A DNA stretch of 32,000 bases from Sinorhizobium meliloti. Lineage in GTDB: Bacteria; Pseudomonadota; Alphaproteobacteria; Rhizobiales; Rhizobiaceae. How positions within the stretch are numbered: the stretch's first letter is position 1; each line of letters opens with the position of its first letter. Both the position numbers and the translations under genes were made by a program. The notes under the pieces were generated by a model. The model did not search any database. It had not been told where the DNA came from and saw only the letters and a list, made by a program, of their open reading frames with translations. Of this stretch, positions 20,899 to 30,048 are shown piece by piece. The DNA lies in contig NZ_JAGIOS010000001.1 of the NCBI RefSeq assembly GCF_017876815.1, forward strand, positions 3,870,001 to 3,902,000. Direction: 5' to 3'.

Positions 20899-22257
20899 AT
20901 GACGAAATCCATCCTTGCCGCCATGGCGCTGACCCTGCTGGCGTCGAGCGCCGCGCTTGCCGAGGAAAAGGCCTTCCCTGCAAGGCTCGAGGCGCATGCG
21001 ATCCTTCCCGCAAACACCATCGTCGCCGCGCCGGCGGATGCCGCGGACTACCTCAAGACCTCGGGCAAGTTCTCGACCGCCGACCGCAAGCGCGCCGCCG
21101 AACTGGGCAGCGTCGCCGGCAAGGACGGCGTTCGCCCGACCGGTTTGTCGCTTCCCTTCAACGGCCAGCCGATGCAGGGCTTCTCCGGCATCAAGGCGAT
21201 GGAGGACGGCACTTTCTGGAGCCTTTCGGACAACGGCTTCGGCAACAAGCTCAACTCGACCGACGCCATGCTGATGCTCCACCATCTCAAGATCGACTGG
21301 GACGCCGGCAGGGTCGAGGCGTTGAAGACCCTGTTCCTGTCCGACCCCGAGCGCAAGACCCCCTTCCCCATCGTCATGGAAGGCTCGGCCACCCGCTATC
21401 TCACGGGCGGCGACTTCGACGTCGAATCGATCCAGCCGGTCGCCGACGGCTTCTGGGTCGGTGAGGAATTCGGCCCCTACATCCTGAAGTTCGACCTTGA
21501 CGGCAAGCTCACCGACGTCATTGCGACTGTTGTCGGCGGCAAGCCCGTGCTCTCGCCCGACAATCCGGCACTGACGCTGCAGGCAGACCCCTCCAAGAAG
21601 GCACCGGACTTCAACCTGAAGCGCTCCGGCGGTTACGAAGGTCTGGCACTTTCGAAGGACGGCTCGAAGCTCTACGGACTGCTCGAAGGGCCGATCTGGG
21701 CAGACAGCGAGTCGGTGGAAGAGGCGGAGGGCCGGCCGGCGCTGCGGATCGTCGAGCTCGACGCCGGCAGCAAGGCCTGGACCGGGCGCAGCTGGCTGTA
21801 TCCGCTGGCCGAAGGCGGTGAAGCGATCGGCGATTTCAACATGCTCGACGAGAAGACTGCGCTGGTGATCGAGCGCGACAACGGCGCCGGCACCGTCGAC
21901 AAGGCCTGCGCGGACCCCAAGAACCCGCAGCCGGATTGCTTCGCCGTCGGGTCGAAGCTGAAGCGTGTCTACAAGATTGCCATGGACGATGAAAACGTCG
22001 GCAAGGCCGTGCGCAAGATCGGCTATGTCGACCTGCTGAAAATCGCCGATCCGGACAACCGCAAGCGCCAGGGCGGCGGCGAGGGCTATTACGACATGCC
22101 CTTCGTCACCATCGAGAATGTCGACCGCGTGGACGAGACGCATATCATCGTCGGCAACGACAACAACCTGCCTTTCTCCGCCGGGCGTTCCCTCGACAAG
22201 GCGGACGACAATGAATTCGTGTTGCTCGAAGTGGGCGAATTCCTGAAGGCCGAATAG
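20899..22257 (+). CDS. Secreted protein, probably of the esterase-like-activity-of-phytase (Phytase-like) family
   Basis: 452 aa from ATG 20899, with a GAGGTG RBS. The signal peptide is MTKSILAAMALTLLASSAALA-EEK. Motifs such as FSGIKAMEDGTFWSLSDNGFG and GYEGLALSKDGSKLYGLLEGP resemble that family. The family call is from memory, not from a search. Confidence 0.8.
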   Translation: MTKSILAAMALTLLASSAALAEEKAFPARLEAHAILPANTIVAAPADAADYLKTSGKFSTADRKRAAELGSVAGKDGVRPTGLSLPFNGQPMQGFSGIKAMEDGTFWSLSDNGFGNKLNSTDAMLMLHHLKIDWDAGRVEALKTLFLSDPERKTPFPIVMEGSATRYLTGGDFDVESIQPVADGFWVGEEFGPYILKFDLDGKLTDVIATVVGGKPVLSPDNPALTLQADPSKKAPDFNLKRSGGYEGLALSKDGSKLYGLLEGPIWADSESVEEAEGRPALRIVELDAGSKAWTGRSWLYPLAEGGEAIGDFNMLDEKTALVIERDNGAGTVDKACADPKNPQPDCFAVGSKLKRVYKIAMDDENVGKAVRKIGYVDLLKIADPDNRKRQGGGEGYYDMPFVTIENVDRVDETHIIVGNDNNLPFSAGRSLDKADDNEFVLLEVGEFLKAE

Positions 22258-22270
22258 ACCCACTCCTCCT

Positions 22271-22338
22271 GCCCTCATCCCTGTGACAAGGCAAGCACAG
22301 GGATGTGGGCACAGGGATGTGGGCACAGGGTTGAGGGC
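22271..22338. repeat. Composite palindromic/tandem intergenic repeat (family 2)
   Basis: The outer arms are GCCCTCATCCCTGTG (22271-22285) and CACAGGGTTGAGGGC (22324-22338), 14/15 complementary. Between them are 2.5 tandem copies of CACAGGGATGTGGG (22296-22330). Confidence 0.85.
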
Positions 22339-22393
22339 GCACGGTTGTGCCGCACGTCCTTGGCGCGTCGAGCGCGAACGTTCGAAAGAGCAA

Positions 22394-23917
22394 TCAGCGC
22401 TCGAAGGAGAAGGCGAGCTTCTTGCCGGTAAGCTTGCCGAGCTGCTGGAGCCGGCCGTCGAGGCGTTCGCCCTCGAAGTCGGCATAGGCTGCCGGGACGA
22501 CGAATTCGAGATCGATGTCGGGCTTCGAAGATCGCCGGAGCGTGAGGTGGCGCGCCACACCCGGCATGGAGGCCGAAAAGAGATAGGCGACGCGCAACAG
22601 CCCGCCCAGGAGCTTGGCCAGTTCGTGCAGGCGCGGCGTCGTGATGCCGGCGAGCGGGCTCGTGGCGCCGTCGTCGTTGAGCCCTTCGAAGCGATAGTAA
22701 TTCGCGAGCGCGATATAGGCCCGCCCCGCATGGGTGATACCCGTGAAGGCCGAGTGCGCAATGATGTTCAGCGCCTGCAGACCGCGATAGTCGGGATGCG
22801 CCCGCCAGCTGATATCCGCCAACAAACAGGCGGCCTGACGGTAGCGCCTCTCCTCTTCCGTCTCCTCGACGCCGAAGAACGGCACCAGGCGGCCGGTCCA
22901 TTCGGCGAGCTCGCGCGCATGCTCGGGCGAGCGGGCGCGAAGGATGGCGAGTTCGTTGGCAGCGGTCAGCAGCGGGTCCTGCCGGCGCTCCTCCTCGGAA
23001 AGCAGCGAAAAGAGATAGCCCTCGCGGACGCCCAGCGCGGAAAAGGAGATGCGCTCGGGTTGCATGATGGAGATTGCCTCCTGCATCGTCACCGCCCCGT
23101 AGGGCAGCAGGCTCCGGCGGCTCTTGGAAATCGTCGCATAGGCGGAGGGCTTGATATTCTTCGGCTCGATCACTTCGGCGAGGATCGCCAGCGCTTCGTC
23201 ATAGGAGATTTCGTAACCCTGCATCATGTGCAGCGGGTAATTGTGCATCTCCATGTGCAGCTTGGCGATCGCTCGCCAGGTTCCGCCCACGGCGTAGAAC
23301 GTGCGTCCGGTCCCCTTCTTCAGGACCTCGGCATTTTTCATGAACTTGCGTACCCAGGTCCGCGCCTTGCTGAGCGAGCCGCTCGAATGTTCGAAGAGGC
23401 GAATGCCGCCCAGCGGCAGCGTTATGCCTTTGCCGATCCGCTTGCCGTTTACATCGACAAGCTCGAGCGAGCCGCCGCCGAGATCGCCGACGACGCCATC
23501 CGGCTCGTGGTAGCTGCTGACGATGCCCATCGCCGAATAATAGGCTTCCTCCTCACCGCTCAGGATCTTCACCCTTTGCCCGAGGATGGCTTCCGCCCTT
23601 TCGATGAAGGCCGCTCCGTTGGTGGCCTCCCGCGCCGCAGCGGTCGCGAGCACATACATCTCGGTCGCGCGCGCCTGGTCGGAGAGCGCACGAAAGCGGT
23701 GCAGCGCCCTCAGCGCCCTCGCCACGCTTTCCTCCTCCATTCGGCCGGTCGCATCGATGCCCTTGCCGAGGCCGCACATCACCTTCTCGTTGAAAAGCAT
23801 CGCCGGCGAACGGCTCAGCCCTTCATAGACGACGAGACGAATGGAGTTGGAGCCGATATCCACAACGGAGACCGGGCGGATACCGGGCAGACGTCCCTGC
23901 GCTTCAGATTCGACCAT
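22394..23917 (-). CDS. ppx: Exopolyphosphatase (Ppx/GppA family)
   Basis: 507 aa. VSVVDIGSNSIRLVVYE and DLGGGSLEL are ASKHA-fold phosphate-binding motifs. The gene starts 11 nt after the ppk stop. Confidence 0.92.
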   Translation of the reverse strand: MVESEAQGRLPGIRPVSVVDIGSNSIRLVVYEGLSRSPAMLFNEKVMCGLGKGIDATGRMEEESVARALRALHRFRALSDQARATEMYVLATAAAREATNGAAFIERAEAILGQRVKILSGEEEAYYSAMGIVSSYHEPDGVVGDLGGGSLELVDVNGKRIGKGITLPLGGIRLFEHSSGSLSKARTWVRKFMKNAEVLKKGTGRTFYAVGGTWRAIAKLHMEMHNYPLHMMQGYEISYDEALAILAEVIEPKNIKPSAYATISKSRRSLLPYGAVTMQEAISIMQPERISFSALGVREGYLFSLLSEEERRQDPLLTAANELAILRARSPEHARELAEWTGRLVPFFGVEETEEERRYRQAACLLADISWRAHPDYRGLQALNIIAHSAFTGITHAGRAYIALANYYRFEGLNDDGATSPLAGITTPRLHELAKLLGGLLRVAYLFSASMPGVARHLTLRRSSKPDIDLEFVVPAAYADFEGERLDGRLQQLGKLTGKKLAFSFER

Positions 23918-23928
23918 GCAATTCCAGT

Positions 23929-26139
23929 TTACTTGTGCCAGCCGCTCTTCCAGCCGGCGATCAGCTTCGGTGCACTGGATTTCAGAGCCTCACCCCGGCC
24001 CGAAAGGCTCGGATTGGTCATGAAATAATGCTGAGCGTTGAACGGCTCGGCGTCCTTGCCGACTTCCATGCGGCGCGAGGTGCCGTCCGGAAGAATCTCG
24101 TAGCTCTGCTGGTTGTCGATGAGATTGCCCAGCATGATCTGCGAAAGAACCTGTTCGTGCACAGTGCGGTTGATGAGAGGAACGAGCGTCTCCACCCGCC
24201 TATCCAGATTGCGCGGCATCATATCCGCCGAGCCGATATAGACAAGCGCATTCTCCGATGGAAGTCCATGTCCGTTGCCGAAGCAGAAAATTCTTGAATG
24301 CTCCAGGAAGCGGCCGACGATGGATTTGACGCGGATGTTGTCGGAGAGCCCGGGCACCTGCGGCCTGAGACAGCAGATGCCGCGCACGACGAGATCGATC
24401 ACGACGCCCGCGCAGCTTGCCTTGTAGAGCGCGTCGATGATTTCCGGATCCACCAGGGAGTTCATCTTCATCCAGATCGACGCCGGACGCCCGGCTTGCG
24501 CATGGACGATCTCCTCCTCGATGTGCTTGAGGATGCGCGGACGCAGCGTATGCGGTGAGACCGCGAGCTTCATGCCCCCTTCCGGCTCGCCGTAGCCGGT
24601 GATGAAGTTGAAGATGTTCGCCATGTCGTGGGCGATCACCGGGTTGCAGGTGAAGAACGACAGGTCGGTGTAGATTTTCGCCGTGACCGGGTGGTAGTTG
24701 CCGGTACCGAGATGGCAATAGGTCCTGAGCTTGCCCTCCTCACGGCGCACCACCATCGACATCTTTGCGTGGGTCTTCAATTCGATGAAGCCGAAAACCA
24801 CCTGCACGCCGGCGCGCTCGAGATCGCGCGCCCAGCGGATATTTGCCTCCTCGTCGAAGCGCGCCTTCAGCTCGACAAGCGCGGTCACCGACTTGCCGGC
24901 CTCGGCGGCATCGATCAGCGCGCGCACGATCGGGCTGTCGTTCGAGGTTCGGTAGAGCGTCTGCTTGATCGCCAGCACGTCCGGATCGCGCGCAGCCTGC
25001 AGCAGGAACTGCACGACGACGTCGAAGGATTCGTAGGGGTGGTGGACCACCATGTCCTTTTCGCGGATGGCCGCAAGACAGTCGCCCGCGTGTTCGCGTA
25101 CGCGTTCCGGGAAGCGCGGGTTGTAGGGCTCGAAGCGCAAATCCTCGCGCGGCGCCTTGGTGATTTCCGAAAGCGTATTCAGCGCCAGCAGGCCAGGCAG
25201 TACCGCGACGCGATTTTCGGGAACGCCGAGTTCCTGCACGACGAACTGACGCAGCGAAGCCGGCATTTCGGAATCGGTCTCGATGCGGATCACCGACCCG
25301 CGGCGGCGGCGCTTGAGGGCCGTCTCGAAAAGGCGCACGAGGTCTTCGGCTTCCTCCTCGACTTCGATGTCGCTGTCTCGAATGATGCGGAACGTGCCCG
25401 ACCCCTTCACCTCGTAGCCGGGGAAAAGCCGGTCGATGAACTGGCTGACGACGTCTTCGAGGGTGATGTAGCGGATGACGTTCTTGACGTCCGGCAGGCG
25501 AACGAAGCGATCGAGCGCCACGGGCAGGCGCAGCAGTGCCGTCATCGGGTCGCGACCGGTCTTGCTGACGAGCTGCAGGCCGATCGAGAAGCCGAGATTG
25601 GGAATGAACGGGAACGGATGTGCCGGGTCGATCGAGAGCGGCGTCAGCACGGGGAAGATCGCCTGGTCGAATTCGTTCGCGAGCCAGCTGCGATCCTGCG
25701 CGGAAAGCGAAGCCGGACGGACGATGAGGATATCTTCCTTGGCGAGATATTGCTGCAGGACGGCAAGCGATGCCTGCTGCTCCATCTGCAGATTGTCGAC
25801 CTCCGTCAGAATGCTCTCGAGCGTTTCCGCCGGCGTCAGGCCGTCCGGGCTGCGCAGCGAAAGCCCGGAACGGACCTGGCCCTCCAGACCCGCGACGCGA
25901 ACCATGAAGAATTCATCGAGATTGGCGGCGGAGATCGATAGAAAACGGACGCGCTCCAGAAGGGGATGCGCCGTGTTCAGCGTCTCCTCGAGGACCCGGC
26001 GGTTGAACTGAAGCCAGGAGAACTCGCGGTTGACGAAGCGCTCGGGGCTCTTGAGAAGGTCCAGCGCCTCGGCCGGCGCCTCACGCTTCTGCTCGGCAGA
26101 TGCCTCGTGTTCCGTGATTGCAGACGTTGCGCTGTCCAT
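23929..26139 (-). CDS. ppk: Polyphosphate kinase 1
   Basis: 736 aa with typical PPK1 N-terminal sequence ([40 protein letters not shown]). It also has two PLD-like HKD-type regions (KTHAKM.., EHSRIF). Confidence 0.95.
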   Translation of the reverse strand: MDSATSAITEHEASAEQKREAPAEALDLLKSPERFVNREFSWLQFNRRVLEETLNTAHPLLERVRFLSISAANLDEFFMVRVAGLEGQVRSGLSLRSPDGLTPAETLESILTEVDNLQMEQQASLAVLQQYLAKEDILIVRPASLSAQDRSWLANEFDQAIFPVLTPLSIDPAHPFPFIPNLGFSIGLQLVSKTGRDPMTALLRLPVALDRFVRLPDVKNVIRYITLEDVVSQFIDRLFPGYEVKGSGTFRIIRDSDIEVEEEAEDLVRLFETALKRRRRGSVIRIETDSEMPASLRQFVVQELGVPENRVAVLPGLLALNTLSEITKAPREDLRFEPYNPRFPERVREHAGDCLAAIREKDMVVHHPYESFDVVVQFLLQAARDPDVLAIKQTLYRTSNDSPIVRALIDAAEAGKSVTALVELKARFDEEANIRWARDLERAGVQVVFGFIELKTHAKMSMVVRREEGKLRTYCHLGTGNYHPVTAKIYTDLSFFTCNPVIAHDMANIFNFITGYGEPEGGMKLAVSPHTLRPRILKHIEEEIVHAQAGRPASIWMKMNSLVDPEIIDALYKASCAGVVIDLVVRGICCLRPQVPGLSDNIRVKSIVGRFLEHSRIFCFGNGHGLPSENALVYIGSADMMPRNLDRRVETLVPLINRTVHEQVLSQIMLGNLIDNQQSYEILPDGTSRRMEVGKDAEPFNAQHYFMTNPSLSGRGEALKSSAPKLIAGWKSGWHK

Positions 26140-26203
26140 GCCTGTAAAGCCCCATTACTCCGAACGAACGAGCTACCCCAGTTTGACGACGGAACTGTGA
26201 CAG

Positions 26204-26893
26204 TCAATCGGAGAGGCTTGTATTTGCAAGCTCTTCCAGGACTTCCGCCGCCAGGGCGCGGGTCGGCCGCGTTCCGCGCGCAAGCGCCAGATGATCTATC
26301 CGCTCGACGATGGTCTGTGCCGCCTCCAGCGAGCGTTCCATCCGCGCGACGACGTAGCCGACCAGGCGCTCGTCGACCAGGAGCTGGCGGTCGGCAAAAA
26401 GCTTGGTGAGCACCTGTACGAGCAGTTCGTCGTCGGGCTCGCCGATTTCGACCACGGTGGCAGCCTTGAGGCGCGACTTGAGGTCAGGAAGCCCCACCGG
26501 CCATGACATCGGCCATAGCCGTGACGTCATCAAAAGCGCCGTGCCGTTCTGGCGCACGCTGTTGATGACATGGAAGAGAGCCGCATCGTCGAAGCCCTGC
26601 CGGTCGGCATCCTCGAAGAGGACCGGCTTTTCCGCGGCGATATCGGCGGCGTTCGAGCCGGCAAAGGGATGTATCGGCTCCGCTCTGGCCTTTTCGCGCC
26701 AGATGCCCGCAAGGTGCGATTTGCCGGAACCGACCGGCCCGCAGATGATGACCACCGGCGACGGCCAGGCGGGCCAGTGATCGACGATGGAAATGGCCGC
26801 GCTCAACCGGTCCGAGACGAGCAGGTCGTCGCGACCGGTTGCGGGCGCATGGCCAAAGACCAAAGGCAATTGTTCGGACAGATGTCTCTTCAT
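26204..26893 (-). CDS. hdaA: DnaA-related regulatory inactivator (Hda/HdaA family AAA+ protein)
   Basis: 229 aa with an N-terminal QLPLVF clamp-binding-like motif, Walker A GPVGSGKSHL and a DnaA domain III-like fold length. Confidence 0.85.
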   Translation of the reverse strand: MKRHLSEQLPLVFGHAPATGRDDLLVSDRLSAAISIVDHWPAWPSPVVIICGPVGSGKSHLAGIWREKARAEPIHPFAGSNAADIAAEKPVLFEDADRQGFDDAALFHVINSVRQNGTALLMTSRLWPMSWPVGLPDLKSRLKAATVVEIGEPDDELLVQVLTKLFADRQLLVDERLVGYVVARMERSLEAAQTIVERIDHLALARGTRPTRALAAEVLEELANTSLSD

Positions 26894-26948
26894 GCATTAC
26901 CCGTGAGCATTCACTTTCTGAAGCTACGCACTTCCGCACCGAAAAGCT

Positions 26949-28064
26949 CTAGCCGTGGCTCTCCGGCTCCTTGTGAACGGCTGTTCTATGCCCGTGATAG
27001 AGATCGCTATCAAGGTACCGCTGGATGCCGAAGCGGACAAGCACACCGATCGCGGCCGCCGCGGGCACCGCCACGAGCAGGCCGACGAAGCCGAAGAGCG
27101 CGCCGAACGCAAGCAGGGCGAACATCAGCCAGACCGGGTGCAGCCCGACGCTTTTGCCGACCAGTTTCGGCTGCAGAATATTGCCTTCGAGAAACTGGCC
27201 GCTGAAGAAAACGGCGAGAACCAAAAGGATCCAGACATAGTCCGGCCAGAACTGAACGAGCGCGACGCCGAGCGCAAGCACGAGGCCGACCAGCGATCCC
27301 ACATAGGGAATGAAACTGATCATGCCGGCGAAGAGGCCGATCAGGAGGCCGAAATTGAGCCCCACCATCGTCAGCCCGATCCCGTAATAGAGGCCGAGGA
27401 TCAGGCAGAGCGAGCCCTGGCCGCGGACAAATCCGGCGATGGTCGTATTCATGTCGCGAGCGATCTGCCGCACGACCTCGACGTAATCGCGCGGTATCCA
27501 GCTGTCGACCCTGTCGACCATACGGTCCCAGTCGAGCAGCAAATAGAAGGCGACGACAGGGGTGATGACGAACAGGGACAGGATATTGAGAAGTGCCAAG
27601 CCGGAGTTCCAGATCTGCTGGAACAGCGTGCCGAGGAAGCTAGCGCCTTGCTCCAAAAGCTTGGCCGAGTTCTGTTTGATCGTCGTCATCTGGCCGGCGA
27701 GCCAGTCCGGCAACAGCGTCGACTGGCTGTCGGTCAGGAATTCCTGAAGCCTCGTGATGTATCCCGGCATTTTCTGAATGAATTCGGCAGCCTGCGTGAC
27801 GACCAGCGGAACGATGATCATCAGCGACAGCGCCAGCACGACGACGAAGGCGACCAGGATGGCGATTGTCGCCATCAGCCGGCTCAGACCGAGCCGCTCC
27901 AGGCGATCGGCCACAGGATCGAGAAAATAGGCGAGCGCCATGCCGGCGAGGAAGGGCAGAAGAATGGAACTGAACACCAGCAGGAAGGCAATGAAGCCGA
28001 CAAGCACTAGCAGCCAGAAAAAGATCTGGCGCTGAAGTCCCATACTGCTGACCCGATCGCCCAT
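26949..28064 (-). CDS. AI-2E family (PerM/YhhT-like) transporter
   Basis: About 371 aa from the ATG at 28062-28064 (MGDRVSSMGLQRQIFFWLLVLVGF...). An alternative start lies 7 codons downstream at 28043. It has multiple TM helices and a typical AI-2E C-terminal half. The track extension to 28283 looks non-coding. Confidence 0.88.
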   Translation of the reverse strand: MGDRVSSMGLQRQIFFWLLVLVGFIAFLLVFSSILLPFLAGMALAYFLDPVADRLERLGLSRLMATIAILVAFVVVLALSLMIIVPLVVTQAAEFIQKMPGYITRLQEFLTDSQSTLLPDWLAGQMTTIKQNSAKLLEQGASFLGTLFQQIWNSGLALLNILSLFVITPVVAFYLLLDWDRMVDRVDSWIPRDYVEVVRQIARDMNTTIAGFVRGQGSLCLILGLYYGIGLTMVGLNFGLLIGLFAGMISFIPYVGSLVGLVLALGVALVQFWPDYVWILLVLAVFFSGQFLEGNILQPKLVGKSVGLHPVWLMFALLAFGALFGFVGLLVAVPAAAAIGVLVRFGIQRYLDSDLYHGHRTAVHKEPESHG

Positions 28065-28309
28065 GACGGCCCCCGTTGCGCGCGGCACACCGCACCTTCC
28101 GCGTCGTTCGTTCGGACGAGATAGGGCTTGGGGCGCGCCAAGGTCAAGTCCGGCAGCGCTCACGGGGCAAACGGCCTGTGGCCGGCAGAAGGTGCTGACC
28201 ACAGTCGAATTCACGAAAAAAGCAGGATCGGGCGCGCCTCTGCGCTTGCACTCCTCGCTTCTCCGTGCCAATCGCATCCGCAATCAGCGACGAGCCTTGG
28301 AGAGCGAGC

Positions 28310-29380
28310 ATGAGCCAGTCGGGAAAGAACGGCCTCACCTACAGCGACGCAGGTGTGGATATCGATGCCGGCAACCTGATGGTCGAGAAGATCAAGCCGC
28401 ATGTCCGCTCGACCCGGCGTCCCGGCGCCGATGGCGAGATCGGCGGGTTCGGCGGCCTCTTCGACCTGAAGGCCGCCGGTTTCAGCGATCCGGTCCTCGT
28501 CGCAGCCAATGACGGCGTCGGCACGAAGCTCAAGATCGCTATCGACGCCGACAAGCACGACACGGTCGGCATCGACCTCGTCGCCATGTGCGTGAACGAT
28601 CTCGTGGTGCAGGGCGCAGAACCGCTGTTCTTCCTCGACTACTTCGCGACCGGCAAGCTCGATCCCGACCAGGGCGCCGCGATCGTCGCGGGAATCGCCG
28701 CCGGCTGCCGCGAGGCGGGCTGCGCGCTGATCGGCGGCGAGACGGCCGAGATGCCGGGCATGTATTCCGGCGGCGACTACGATCTTGCCGGCTTTGCCGT
28801 CGGCGCGGCCGAGCGCGGGCAGCTTCTGCCGGCGGGCGACATTGCCGAAGGAGACGTCATCCTCGGACTTGCCTCCTCGGGCGTCCACTCGAACGGCTAT
28901 TCGCTGGTGCGCAAGATCGTTTCGCTCTCGGGCCTCGCCTGGGATGCTCCGGCACCTTTCGGAGAAGGCACGCTCGCCGACCTCCTGATGACGCCGACGC
29001 GCATCTATGTGAAACCGCTTTTGAAGGCGATCCGCGAGACGGGTGCGATCAAGGCACTGGCCCACATCACCGGCGGCGGCTTCCCCGAGAATATTCCGCG
29101 GGTGCTGCCGAAGCATCTTGCCGCCGAGATCGACCTCGGCGCCATCAAGCCGCCGGCCGTCTTCTCCTGGCTCGCAAAGACCGGCGGCGTTGCCGCCAAC
29201 GAGATGCTGCGCACCTTCAATTGCGGCGTCGGCATGATCGCCGTGGTTCCGGCGAGTGAAGCGGAAAAAGTTGCGGCAGTGCTTGCCGGCGAAGGCGAAA
29301 CGGTCTTCACGCTCGGCCGCATGGTCGCACGCGCCGAGGGCGCGCCCGGCACGATCTACAAGGGCAATCTCGCCATATGA
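28310..29380 (+). CDS. purM: Phosphoribosylformylglycinamidine cyclo-ligase (AIR synthetase)
   Basis: 356 aa: [22 protein letters not shown]...GGFGGLFDL...GTKLKIA...LVAMCVNDL. Confidence 0.95.
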   Translation: MSQSGKNGLTYSDAGVDIDAGNLMVEKIKPHVRSTRRPGADGEIGGFGGLFDLKAAGFSDPVLVAANDGVGTKLKIAIDADKHDTVGIDLVAMCVNDLVVQGAEPLFFLDYFATGKLDPDQGAAIVAGIAAGCREAGCALIGGETAEMPGMYSGGDYDLAGFAVGAAERGQLLPAGDIAEGDVILGLASSGVHSNGYSLVRKIVSLSGLAWDAPAPFGEGTLADLLMTPTRIYVKPLLKAIRETGAIKALAHITGGGFPENIPRVLPKHLAAEIDLGAIKPPAVFSWLAKTGGVAANEMLRTFNCGVGMIAVVPASEAEKVAAVLAGEGETVFTLGRMVARAEGAPGTIYKGNLAI

Positions 29381-30039
29381 GCATGGTGGCCGGCAAGAAG
29401 AAGGTCGTCGTGTTCATTTCCGGCGGCGGCTCCAACATGATCGCACTGGCGAAGGCTGCCGCCGCGCCGGATTTTCCGGCCGAGATCATTGCGGTGATCG
29501 CCGACAAGGCGGATGCGGGTGGCCTCGACAAGGCGGCCGGGCTCGGCATTCCGACCTTCTCCTTCGTTCGCAAGGATTTTGCGGGCAAGGAAGCGCACGA
29601 GCAAGCAATCCTCGCCGAGCTCGACCGGCTCCAGCCGGACGTGATCTGTCTCGCGGGCTATATGCGCCTTCTTTCTGCGGCCTTCATCCAGCGCTACGAG
29701 GGCCGGATCCTCAACATCCACCCGTCGCTGCTTCCGCTCTTCCCCGGGCTTCACACGCACCAGCGGGCAATCGACGCCGGGATGAGGATCGCAGGCTGCA
29801 CCGTGCATTTCGTGACGGAGGCTATGGACGACGGGCCGATCGTCGCCCAGGCGGCCGTACCGGTCGTTTCCGGCGACACGGCGGATACGCTCGCCGCCCG
29901 CGTCCTTACCGTCGAGCACAGAACCTATCCGATGGCGCTTCGGCTCGTGGCTGAAGGCAAGGTGCGGATGGAAGCCGGCCGGGTGGTAAGCCATGCCGTC
30001 GGCGAGGCAACGGGTACGCTCATTTCCCCCGCCATCTGA
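29377..30039 (+). CDS. purN: Phosphoribosylglycinamide formyltransferase
   Basis: 220 aa with [18 protein letters not shown] and GCTVHFV motifs. The start codon overlaps the purM stop (ATGA at 29377-29380). Confidence 0.93.
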   Translation: MSMVAGKKKVVVFISGGGSNMIALAKAAAAPDFPAEIIAVIADKADAGGLDKAAGLGIPTFSFVRKDFAGKEAHEQAILAELDRLQPDVICLAGYMRLLSAAFIQRYEGRILNIHPSLLPLFPGLHTHQRAIDAGMRIAGCTVHFVTEAMDDGPIVAQAAVPVVSGDTADTLAARVLTVEHRTYPMALRLVAEGKVRMEAGRVVSHAVGEATGTLISPAI

Positions 30040-30048
30040 GGCAGCGGG

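Noticed and set aside
22296-22338. Tandem CACAGGGATGTGGG copies as a possible CRISPR array or minisatellite
   Set aside because: There are only 2.5 directly abutting 14-nt copies with no spacers, and they are embedded in a palindromic REP-like element. No cas genes are present.
20848-25941. Long ORFs 20848..22761 (-), 22283..24028 (+) and 24628..25941 (+)
   Set aside because: They are antisense to the phytase-like gene, ppx and ppk. The sense genes carry clear family motifs, and the antisense products are low-complexity.
28065-28309. Purine or ZTP-type riboswitch in the 245-bp perM/purM divergent spacer
   Set aside because: No match to the ZTP (pfl) core (GGGTCGTGACTGGCG...CCGCCTGGGCA) or to purine riboswitch conserved loops. 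Only weak palindromes are present (CTTGGGGCGCGCCAAGG, CTGTGG...CCACAG).
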